DNA from: Paraspadella gotoi
Taxonomy: Eukaryota; Animalia; Chaetognatha
Assembly: GCA_051294375.1 (NCBI GenBank)
Contig: CM119267.1
Location: forward strand, 22,383,486 to 22,447,485
DNA length: 64,000 nucleotides
Direction of reading: 5' to 3'
The position numbers and the translations under genes are program-made. Below the pieces are notes generated by a model that worked only from the letters and a program-made list of their open reading frames with translations, did not search any database and was not told the origin of the DNA. Below, piece after piece: positions 1 through 11,471 of this stretch (its first letter is position 1; the number at the start of each line of letters is the position of its first letter).

Positions 1-24
1 CAAAGGTCTGGGGTTCTAGCCCGG
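1..24 (+). mobile_element. Possible 3' half of a tRNA-derived (SINE-like) head, truncated by the window edge
   Basis: AAGGTCTGGGGTTCTAGCCCGG resembles the tRNA variable loop/T-arm with a Pol III B-box (GGTTCnAnnCC). The A-box would lie outside the window. Confidence 0.35.
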
Positions 25-33
25 TGGTCGTCT

Positions 34-108
34 GGCAGTTAAGAGGGACGGGCGCTTAACCCGCCTGTAACATGGTGTTACAGCCTGATCCGAAGCTCAG
101 GGACTGCT
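34..108 (+). ncRNA. Twister self-cleaving ribozyme candidate, type-P5 permutation
   Basis: P5 GGCAGTT(34-40)/GACTGCT(102-108); AA linker; P2 GAGG(43-46)/CCC(60-62, one nt short); conserved GA(47-48); pseudoknot T1 CGG(49-51)/CCG(90-92); cleavage motif TAA(57-59); T2 GC(63-64)/GC(95-96); P3 CTGTAACA(65-72)/TGTTACAG(76-83); P4 CCTGA(84-88)/TCAGG(97-101) closing loop T-CCG-AA-GC. Confidence 0.75.
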
Positions 109-175
109 TATATGAACGTTCTATCACTAACTGATAACAATAATTACTGTCTCTTCAACTGCTCCGTATCAGCGA

Positions 176-379
176 CTAAGTTATCGCTTCAATTATAACC
201 TGATCGTTTATAAGCGTCACCAAATCCTTGATGTGCCTATCGATTTCCCCCTTTCGGCTGAGATCAACTCCGCTCAACGCCTGCGTCTTTTGTTTGAAAA
301 ACACGTCCACCGCGCTCTTTTGTTTTTCGTCAGCATCGGACATAGTTCGAACAATAATTTCCCAGTGCGTATTTCTCAT
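176..379 (-). other. Short 67-aa ORF of unknown identity (small gene, exon or transposon fragment)
   Basis: ATG preceded by TTTTAG; same strand as the cluster; no recognisable motif. Confidence 0.25.
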
Positions 380-1142
380 ACGTAGAGATAACTAAAACGT
401 TTTTAGAAACATTTACAACATCGTTAGAAAAGGAAAGAGAAAAAAAAAGATCTACAGTCGCGCCGACTTTTTCGTCAGTAAAAAGTGTTTTGTGACATCA
501 CAGCGCGTGTAAAAGAACACGAAAAGAGAAAGAAAAATAACAAAAATTGATTGTTGGATCGAAAATTGGCAAATCGGGGAGGGAGGGGGTGAGTTTCGAT
601 CGCCGATCACGACAAAAGACTAGCAGTAAAAGAGTTCATTTTGTTCAATCTAAAGGAAAATAAATCAAACCGTTTTGTACGTGTGTGTATATTTTCTCTT
701 AAAGGCGTTCTTTGTCAACTTGAGGATTACAATTTTGAATTGCGGGTAGAGAGCGTGTATACAGAATATTTTGTAATGATTAGAAGACAAGGCACTGAAC
801 CGTCGGATTACAGGTTTTGGAAAAAAAAAACCACAAAAGACAACGCTGTGATATGATATGTCCATTAAAAATTACAAATATAAGTAAAATTTGCAAGAAA
901 GACATTCATCAGCGAGATAAAAACTCCGGATATGTCTTGGCCATGAAAAAAGAAGACACTACATTCATGGTGCGACGAATCACAACGGTATTAAACAACA
1001 ATAAATCTTTACTCGGTCCTATAAAAAACCTTGCGGGGTTTTTCTAAAAAGCTTTTAACTCGTACAAAACGAACCCTGTGAACACTTCTAGGTTTCGCGG
1101 TGATGTCTTTCTCTAGCATGTGTTGTTCTCTCTCTATCGCAT

Positions 1143-1694
1143 CTAGACGTCTAAGCAGGATCCGGCGCATTTTTTGATGGCGTCCCGGGCGAAGGGAATG
1201 TAGGAGATGGAGTACCAGGTCATCGCTAAAAACTGACAGATGCAGAAGATGAGCGTGAGGCCGCCCTTCTTTATAGCCAGTCCAGCGATTAGAGTCAAGA
1301 TCATAAACACGAAGACCAGCACCGTCGCAATGACCCGCGTCTTCGCGAACATCTTTTTAATCTGGTAAAAATTGGGACGAAACTTGTGTATTTGACGCCC
1401 TCCAAAAAACAGGAAAAACGTATAATGCCAAACCTGATTGACGGGGCCACAGAGGAAACACGTGGAGGACATGGCCACGATATTTCCCAAGGTGTAGAGG
1501 ATTCCAAAGGCCACCCACATGCTGAAGAAGATGCAAACGGAGCCGATGATGCTGAGGAGGATGCCGATAATGAAGCAGATGACGAAACCCTTGACCCGCG
1601 TTCCCCAACTCAACGTCGAATTGTCCATGACGCGAGTGAAAGCCCCGTCATCCTCCTCTTCCTCGCCGCTCAACGCGCGACGCAATTTATCCAT
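1143..1694 (-). CDS. SFT2D1: Vesicle transport protein SFT2 (SFT2D1/SFT2D2-like); 2 exons, intron 1362-1433
   Basis: MDKLRRALSG...STLSWGTRVKGFVICF...LYTLGNIVAMSSTCFLCGPVNQ|IKKMFAKTRVIAT...AMTWYSISYIPFARDA; 72-nt GT-AG intron read through in the ORF track. Paralog assignment is uncertain. Confidence 0.92.
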   Translation of the reverse strand: MDKLRRALSGEEEEDDGAFTRVMDNSTLSWGTRVKGFVICFIIGILLSIIGSVCIFFSMWVAFGILYTLGNIVAMSSTCFLCGPVNQVWHYTFFLFFGGRQIHKFRPNFYQIKKMFAKTRVIATVLVFVFMILTLIAGLAIKKGGLTLIFCICQFLAMTWYSISYIPFARDAIKKCAGSCLDV

Positions 1695-2029
1695 TTTTTT
1701 AATTCAAGAGGGAAAGGGGAATGTTTTTGATTTCGTGTGTGGGTTTTTTGTTATGTTTTGTTTTTGTTTTTGTTTTTTTTTGGCCTTTTGGTTAAATACG
1801 AGATTATAAACAGTTTATAACTGGATGTATATAGTTGAAGGTTGACAAGGCTGTAAAGATTCAAAAATAACAAAGAATAAATCGTAAATCGTAACACAAA
1901 CAACCGAACTACAAAAATCTTCTACAACTTCGGAAGCGGATGAATAAGGATCGAATCATTCGCCTCCGTCCACGGTTTATTCTCATGAAAATCTTTTCGA
2001 AAGAATCTCTTTCCACTCAGTCTCTCTCC

Positions 2030-4612
2030 TCAATCGTCGAACTTGAAAGAGTTGCACCCAGTGTCGATGGATCCGCCCTTGTAAGATCCTCGCTTCTTTT
2101 TCGTCTTCTCGTGCCTGAAGTCTTTGCCGCGGACTTTGATGAGTTGCTCGGCGGCCTGTTTGCCGTATTTGTCGAAGGAGCCGTCGTGTGAGTTGTCGCG
2201 GAGTTGAGGAAGGACTTGGATGTCCTCTTCCTTGACGCGGCGGAACCGATTGGGGGCGTTGTCCTTCTTGGCCTTTTTCGACGGAGGCTGGCCCGCGTCG
2301 AGGCTAGAGTCGGCCGTCACGAACGAAGCCGAGTTCGATTCGGAGTTGACCGAGTTCGCAGCGGCGGGCGTCGGGGGCTTGGGCGTGCTAGTGGCCAACG
2401 CCGATGGCGCTTTTTGCGGAACGGGAGTGTTTCCCGCCGAGGAGATCGCTTTTCGCTTGAGATCCGTTTTCTTAATGGGAGTGATGGAATCGACGTGGCC
2501 GTTGATCTTCTTCGGGGCAGAAGTTTCGTCTTCCGAGTCGCTCTCTTCTTCCGAGGAAGATTCCTCTTCGGAACTGGATTCCTCTTTCGCCGGAGTTTTC
2601 GTTGTTTTAGCAGCAACTTTGGCGCCATTTTTGTTTCCCGTTTTATCTCCTTCTTTGGCCGCATTTTTCGGCGGCGTTTTGGCGGTTGCCTTAGCCGAGT
2701 TCGCCGCTGGTGGAGCCGTTTCCTCGTCGCTCTCGTCGCTGTCCGTTTCTTCTTCGGATGAGCTCGATTCTTTTGCGGCGGCGGCTTTGACAGCAGCAGC
2801 TTTAGAATCTTTGGTTGCCGGTTTAGGAGCTTGGCCGTTAAGCTGCTGAGGAGTCGAGGTGTCCATCTCCGAATCGCTGGATGACTCCTCTTCCGAGGAA
2901 CTGGATTCTTCAACAGGCGCGGGTTTCTTAGTCGTTTTTGAGGCGACAGGTTTAACTTTATCCTCCGTTTTGGACCCTGCCTTGGACGCGCTCTTATCGG
3001 CCGCTTTTGGTGTCGTTTTAGAGGTTAGTTTAGGCGTCGCCTTTTTGGGCGTTGTTGTAGGCGACACTTTGGCGGCCGCTTTCGGCGTGGTTGGCTCTTT
3101 CGTGCCCTTTTTCGGCGGTGCTGGCGGCGTCGGCGCGGCCTTTTTAGGCTCGTCGTCGTCGGATTCTTCATCAGAAGATTCTTCTTCCGACGAGGATTCT
3201 TCTTTCTTCTCTATCGTAGTTTTAACAGCGGGGGTCTTTGAAGGCGCAGGTTTTTTCGCCGCTTCGTCCTCGTCCTCCGATTCCGAAGATTCCTCCTCGG
3301 AAGAGGAAGATTCCGCTTTTTTTGCTCTGTTTGCGACGGCCGGACTTTTTGCTTGAGCAGCGGCGGGCTTGACGGCCGGACTTTTTGGTTGAGCAGCGGC
3401 GGGCTTGGCGGCCGCCTTTACCGGCTCCTCTTCCTCGCTAGAAGATTCTTCCTCCGATGAACTCGAATCTTCTTTTTTCGAGGCTGCGGCGCCGGATTTA
3501 GGCTTGGACGGCGCCGAGACGGGGGCAGAAGGCTTGGTAGGCTCGTCGTCGTCCTCGCTGGACGATTCCTCTGAAGATTCTTCGGACGACGAGGGTTTCT
3601 TCGCGACTTCTTTGTTTTCCTTTTTCGCAGTCGTTTCCTTCATTTCTTCCTCGGTGTCGCTCTCCTCCTCGGAGGACGATTCCTCTTCCGAACTGGACTC
3701 GGCCTTAGCTGTCGTCTTCGTCGGGGTCTTCGTCGGGGTCTTCGTCGGGGTCTTCGTCGCTGGAGTGGCTGGTTTTGTCCCGCTCGCCTTGCCAGTTTTG
3801 GCGTTGGCGTTCTTGTCCGGAGTCTTCTTCGTCGCCGCAGTTTTGGATTTCTCCGCTGACTTTTTGCCGTTCTCCTTATTGGCCGCCGCCTTTTTGTTGG
3901 AAGCTTCATCACCCGGTTTTTGGGAAGCCTTGGGAGAAACTGATTTAGATTCTGCATTTTTCGTTGTCGTCGCAGTCGTTTGAGATTTCGACGTAGATTC
4001 CGATTCGCTCTCTTCGCTCTCAGATTCGTCCGATTCGTCCGACGAAGATTCGGGCGGCTTCTGCGTCTTCTTCACTTCGGGCTTTTTCGATTCGACTTTT
4101 TCCTTTCCCTTTTTAACTTCGGTCCCCTTCTTTAAGATTCCCTTCTTAGCATCTTCATTTTCCGCTTTCTTCGTTTCTTTCGCTTCCGTCTTCTTAACTT
4201 TGTCCTTTGTCCCTTTGGCTTCTTCCTTTTTCGCTTCCTTTTTATTCGCCTTCGCCGGCTTCTTTACTTTCTTTTCCTCCTCTTCCTCGGAACTCGACTC
4301 TTCCTCCTCCGAACTGGATTCCTTCTTTTCTTGTTTAGCCTTTTTCGCCGCCTGGATTTCTTCCATCTCGCTGTCACTCGACGACTCCGCTTCTCCTTTC
4401 CGAGATGCCGAAGCGCTCTTCCGCTTCAAGCACTCGTCCCTGATCCTCGTGAGCGAAGATTCGAAGAAGGCGGCCGCGTCGGCGTCGAGTTTAGGATCGA
4501 GGGCGATGGCGTACTTGTTTTGAATGATCTGGATCTCCTTGGGAAAGGTGGATTTGAGAAAAGAGCAGATGTAGGAGAGCACGTCCGCGTCCACCGGTTT
4601 TTTTGTCTCCAT
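2030..4612 (-). CDS. NOLC1: Nucleolar and coiled-body phosphoprotein 1 (Nopp140/SRP40), single exon
   Basis: Alternating acidic-serine (SSSEEESS) and K/A/P-rich blocks; SRP40_C end (FRRVK...KVRGKDFRHEKTKKKRGSYKGGSID...SFKFDD). First in-frame ATG is at 4612; the ORF track begins at a TTG. Confidence 0.93.
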   Translation of the reverse strand: METKKPVDADVLSYICSFLKSTFPKEIQIIQNKYAIALDPKLDADAAAFFESSLTRIRDECLKRKSASASRKGEAESSSDSEMEEIQAAKKAKQEKKESSSEEEESSSEEEEEKKVKKPAKANKKEAKKEEAKGTKDKVKKTEAKETKKAENEDAKKGILKKGTEVKKGKEKVESKKPEVKKTQKPPESSSDESDESESEESESESTSKSQTTATTTKNAESKSVSPKASQKPGDEASNKKAAANKENGKKSAEKSKTAATKKTPDKNANAKTGKASGTKPATPATKTPTKTPTKTPTKTTAKAESSSEEESSSEEESDTEEEMKETTAKKENKEVAKKPSSSEESSEESSSEDDDEPTKPSAPVSAPSKPKSGAAASKKEDSSSSEEESSSEEEEPVKAAAKPAAAQPKSPAVKPAAAQAKSPAVANRAKKAESSSSEEESSESEDEDEAAKKPAPSKTPAVKTTIEKKEESSSEEESSDEESDDDEPKKAAPTPPAPPKKGTKEPTTPKAAAKVSPTTTPKKATPKLTSKTTPKAADKSASKAGSKTEDKVKPVASKTTKKPAPVEESSSSEEESSSDSEMDTSTPQQLNGQAPKPATKDSKAAAVKAAAAKESSSSEEETDSDESDEETAPPAANSAKATAKTPPKNAAKEGDKTGNKNGAKVAAKTTKTPAKEESSSEEESSSEEESDSEDETSAPKKINGHVDSITPIKKTDLKRKAISSAGNTPVPQKAPSALATSTPKPPTPAAANSVNSESNSASFVTADSSLDAGQPPSKKAKKDNAPNRFRRVKEEDIQVLPQLRDNSHDGSFDKYGKQAAEQLIKVRGKDFRHEKTKKKRGSYKGGSIDTGCNSFKFDD

Positions 4613-5120
4613 CGCGGCGGCGGAGCGGAGGAAAATTAAATTATCTCGAGTTAATTTGGATGATGATACTGGATCAAGGCACGCGGCCAATGAAACTAAA
4701 ATGATTCGAAAAGATAAAATATATAAAATTAAAATATAAAATAATAAAAATCAAAATATGATACTTCATCTCTTTTTTTTTGTGTCAGTACCTTTTTTGG
4801 ACAAACACTAGGATATGGTTATTTGAGCAAATGTAAAAGCAAAATAACCGTACCGAGAGGATAACGAATGATGCAATGCTGACGCTATGTAAATATTAAA
4901 AAGGCATACTTCGATTTCTAGCACATTTTTCATGTTAACAATAAATATAGAGTATAAGTAAAGAGTAGACTATAGACTAGTTTCGGAAAACGCGGTAAAC
5001 AAAAAAAAACAGGAGAAAAAAGAAAAACACTGAAAAGAAGAAAAAAGGGAAAAAATAGGAAAAAACTAGAAAAAGTATAATTTAAAAGATAAAAAAAATA
5101 GAAAGAAAAAATAAACCAAA

Positions 5121-7536
5121 TCAGAGAAAGGATATCCAAGTTCTGTCGGCGTCGTGCAGAGGACACTGACGGGCGTAGCACTCGACGACGTAATTGACGC
5201 CATCGTTGTTGTCCCAGTAGATACGACCCATCGCCGAGTAACAGACGGCAAACTCGAACACGTCGCCCTTGACGAAGTGGCGGGGGACGTTGAGGGTGAA
5301 GTTGTAGGAGGAAGAAGAGGAGGAGGAAGAGACGCGACCTTGGGGGTGAGGAAAAAAGGGTTAATACGAAAAAAAAAGTTTTGTAGACAAAAAAATAAAG
5401 TCAAGTACAAGTATAAAATTGTATTGATTCAATACCGGCAGGGACGTCGTCGAAAGAATTCCAGTCGTTATAAGTACAACGGATGAAGACTTTTTTCTGG
5501 TCGTCGGACGAGAGATTTGCAACTTCTGCTGTGCCTATTTTGACGTATCAATTTCCTTTGCATAATGCAGTGTGAAATTTCACCTCATGATTTCCCTTCA
5601 ACTCACCCAATATCAAGTCCGGAGTGATGTGAAACTTGTCTAACACCACCTTCCTTTCCTCTAGTAGGCGATTCTTTACCGCCTCACTCCTCGCCTCCGT
5701 GTTGAAATTTAATGGGATGAAGAAGCGAGCGCCGATGTCTCGCCGGTCGCGTTCGATTCCCGACCTCAACGCTTCCAACGCCCGAGAAGGGATGCGAATC
5801 TCGTCCGATTTCAGAAATTGCTTTCGCGTCGAGATGTCATGGCCTAAAAGGAAACGAAATATGCTTATAAAACTGTTCCACTATACTAAATTACAAAGGG
5901 TTTCCCGTCCGTTTAAGTTGAGATTCTCCGAAGGTAAGAAAAAAAAAACATTAAACATTCCACTGGCTTCATAGTAATTTCTACATTTTAACTTAATCTT
6001 TTCAACCTTTCAATTTAAAATTCCCAATACCGAAACATCCACTGTCTAATAAGGTACCTTCGGTGTCGGCGAATCTGACACGAAGCATCCTTTTTGCGCA
6101 CTCGCTCCTCTTATCTTTCTTCGAAGGTTCTGCCGAGTGGCTTCTCTTAATTGCACTGGAAGAAGAGGATCTCGACGGCTTGCGCCCAGAAGAGGCGGAC
6201 TGACTGTGAAGACTCTTGTCGAAGCCGTTGGGAAGAGTGGCCAAAGGTTGAGCAATCGAGTCTATAGAGGGTTTTGCGATGTTACAGGTAGGCAATTGTA
6301 CTCATAAGCCTAAAATCTAGAGTGTAAATGCCATCTTAATTGTCCCCCCCCCCTAGACAACATCGCAATAATCAACCATTTATCTCTCGCTTGCCTTTTT
6401 TGTCGCCAAAATAGGGGATCCATTCGGAAACAATCTTTGGGACGTCGGAAGAAGAATCTATATCTTTTTCCTGCGAAGTGGAGCCATCGAGAAAAAAGCC
6501 CACGTACACTTTTGATTCGGGATTCTTGAAGATCTTTCTCGAGCTAAATTCCAGATCTTCGTCGATTAACTTGTCGAACAGGGGAAGTAATCTTTAAAGA
6601 TACACAATAATAATAAAAGAAAAAGATTTTCGATCAGACTTTGCCTCGAGTTCCTCACCGGTCCTTATGCAGCGATTCCATCGAGGCGCTTCTGCCGAGG
6701 AAGCTGGGAATGCTGGAGGCGCTCGAATTTTTCTCGCAGGTGCAATCGGAGAGATTCTTGGGCAAGAAGTCGGCATAGTACTTTTTGAGGTCGACATCGG
6801 ACGGGGGCGGACATATCCACTCGCTCGTGGGATAGAGATCACGTGTAAGTACGGTCACCAGGGCGCTTTGGCCGCCGACCCAAGCGGCTGAGAATCAAAT
6901 CCGAAAAGGGAAAGTTTTTTAGACCATTAGGCAATAGGCATGAAGCCGAAACCTTTTCTCAACGCATTAATAGATTAGATAGAATTTGATTTACGTTTCG
7001 ACTTCGACGTTCGAAATTCGATTCACTAGATCCACTTTCTTTTCTTTTAAATTTATTCCAACACTCCCCGCAATCAAATTAACACGAAAGAAAACAACAA
7101 TAATTCGGAGTAAAAAGAACTTACTCGGCGGTCTGTGCGTTTCAGAGAACACTCGCCGGCCGAGAGAGCCATGCACTTGGCAGCCAGTGTCGCGATTCTC
7201 TTTAAGATCGCGCGAGAACCTCGGCCAGGAACCGTCGGGGGCGCTTTTCGAGCCGACCACGCCGACGAGGCCGCGACGCGGCGACGTTGACTCTCGGCGG
7301 CGGAAGTCTTCGCTCGGGCGATCGACCGTGAAGCCTTTGTTATCGAGATTAAACCGAGGAGGTGTATCTCTGAAAAGAGACCAGTCGGCCGAGAGTTCCG
7401 GGGATCTCGAAACACATTTCATTTCCGAACGCGAGGCCTGCACCAAGTCCGCCAGATCTCCGCCTCCAACAACTTCCTTCTTCCCGGACAGGAGGCTCTG
7501 GAGAGTGGAAACCCTCCCGTTTCCCAAGGACTGCAT
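5121..7536 (-). CDS. PPP1R3: Glycogen-targeting regulatory subunit of protein phosphatase 1 (PPP1R3 family, CBM21 domain); about 7 exons
   Basis: PP1-binding RVxF motif (RVRFAD, ~6070); CBM21 exons GTAEVANL...KKVFIRCTYNDWNSFDDVPA (~5437-5535) and FEFAVCYSAMGRIYWDNNDGVNY (~5121-5338). The 5' exons are low-complexity and less certain. Confidence 0.8.
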
Positions 7537-7663
7537 TCCCCTCCTAATTCTCAGAAATAGGGGGGTGGGTTATTTCTTAATTTGTCATGGCTGTAAAAAA
7601 AAAATTAACGTGAGAAAATGAAATGAACAGATGGTACCGTATTTCACGCTCTTTTGAATACGC

Positions 7664-7664
<1 letters not shown>

Positions 7665-7702
<38 letters not shown>

Positions 7703-7731
7703 GAGAGGGAGGGAGGGAGGGAGAGAGAGAG
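7665..7731. repeat. (GA)n/(GGGA)n microsatellite in the WDR5-PPP1R3 spacer
   Basis: Direct GA and GGGA repeats seen in sequence. Confidence 0.9.
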
Positions 7732-8083
7732 AATATAAGTACCGGAAGTAAAACGCATGAGACGATTCAGAAACATAAATATCACGTCTGGTAAAATACA
7801 TACAGAAATATGGCATTGAAAAATCTAGGAGAGAAATTAAATAATTAAAAAGAAATAAAAAATTGCGAAGCCATCTAGGTTATTAGAATTTCATTTTCAT
7901 TCATAATATTTTTATTTCTTATTAAAATTAGATAATCCCATTTTCCCATACTCAAATTACTCAAGTCTATCAACCTGCCTCCTCCCCCTCGGAAAAACGC
8001 ACAAAAGATCAATGATCAACATTTATACACGAATTATGTATGTATATTGTACACAACAACTTTTTTGCTCATATGACAGCAAT

Positions 8084-9781
<1,698 letters not shown>

Positions 9782-10038
9782 CTCGAATATTTAGTAAGGA
9801 CCCCTTATCTCTTAGAAATTCTTTAGTTATTATGCGAGATTTCGATTACCTACTATCTTCAAAAACATAATATTAGTGAAAAATAAGACGTATCACAGAC
9901 AGACAGAAACATATATTTAAACTGGAAACGATTGAGAGGTTACATATAAAATTATGTAATTCACTTGTCGAAATTTGAGAATAAATTTCAATAAACTTAA
10001 AAAGTGCCTCGCGGAAGGGGACAACCAGTCCCGAGTTT

Positions 10039-11133
10039 TCACACATGTTGAGCGAAAAAGGTCAGAGCGGCTTCGATGGCTTTTTTCACGTCCCGGTTGA
10101 CGTTAGATTCCCGCATGCTGCCCCTCGTCGTCCACCCGTGCACCATCTCGGGAAACTCGACGATCTCCAGGTTTTTCCCCAGGATTTTGGTTCCGAGTCC
10201 GCCGGGCTTGACGTTGGCGTGGTCGTTCCCTATTTTTTTAAAAAAATAATATACTAATTAAAACAGTATAATAATTATTAATTGATGAATGACTTTTGAA
10301 TATATCTCTACGAGACAATACACACTTTTTTCTCTCTTCCTGTTTGATTCTCAATCACTCACCCGAAGCCAAAAATAAACTCACCCGCCGGCATAAAAAG
10401 CTGGGGACACTTAACGGCTTTGAGCATACGCGTTTCGTCGTCGCCGCTCATCTTAGCGATCCCCGTGTGCGCCGGGTGCATGGAGACCCCGGCTTTAAAC
10501 TCGGACATGGCGCATTCTTTGACGACCATGTAGGTGCCCCAGCAGGTGCCGATGGCAGCAAAGCGGGATCCACCCATCGACTTGGCCTTTCCTAGAACGG
10601 CTTCCACGTCCTTCACCAGGTGCCGCCAGTCAGACTTGGACTAAGGACGTGGCCAAAAAAATATAATTTAACAATATTTTTGCTTCAAAACATAAATGTG
10701 ACGATAACAACCTTTAGAAAATCACCAGCTCCTGGTTTCTTTGGATCGTGATAATCGCCCTTTCGGTAAAAATCAGGCAACATGACCAAATAACCTACAA
10801 AAGTCAGAAGCTAAGCTGCTAAGAAGATTCTAATTTTAATAAAAAATTGTAAATATTTTTCAACTTTTCTACCTCATTTTACTTTTTTTCTAAATGTGTT
10901 TTCGCTTTATAAAATCTTGGCCAACCTCTTTCCGAAAAGAAATCGCAAAGCATCTTCGTTCGTCCCCCATTGAAACCGAAAATGTCGTAATTCCAAAGAA
11001 TGCATTTTCCGTCGATGGGTTCTCCCACGTGATAAACGTCCATGTCGCCCATGCGTTCGACTCTACCATGGGGTTTGTAAGTGTCTGAGGGAGTTTCCAA
11101 GGCGCCCCAAGATCCATCGGGACAACATTCCAT
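10039..11133 (-). CDS. Dienelactone hydrolase family protein (CMBL-like), copy A; 4 exons
   Basis: MECCP...ILWNYDIFGFNGG; VMLPDFYR; nucleophile motif GTCWG; P...AG.D; MVHGWTTRG. Confidence 0.88.
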
Positions 11134-11471
11134 GCTTTTTATTAACCCCTATATGGGGAAGAAAGGTCTGAAACGAAGTCGGGGATATATTCGAACACGT
11201 TTTGCGATTAAATCTGAAGTAAGACTACGCTTGGCGATTCCTGAAATAAGGAAGAAAAATAACGCGAAGCGAATTATTTTTTTTAAAAATTTCGCCAATT
11301 TTTAAAACGGAAAACCGAATAACGGACTTTTAAAAATAAAATCTTTTCGAGTAAGATTTAAAAAGAATTACAGAATTATCAAAAACACTGGTATCAGTTT
11401 ATGGCAGTTATGTTCACGCTTTTTATTGTTTTCCCCCCCCCCTTTTGTTCAGTGACTGATGGCACTTATTT

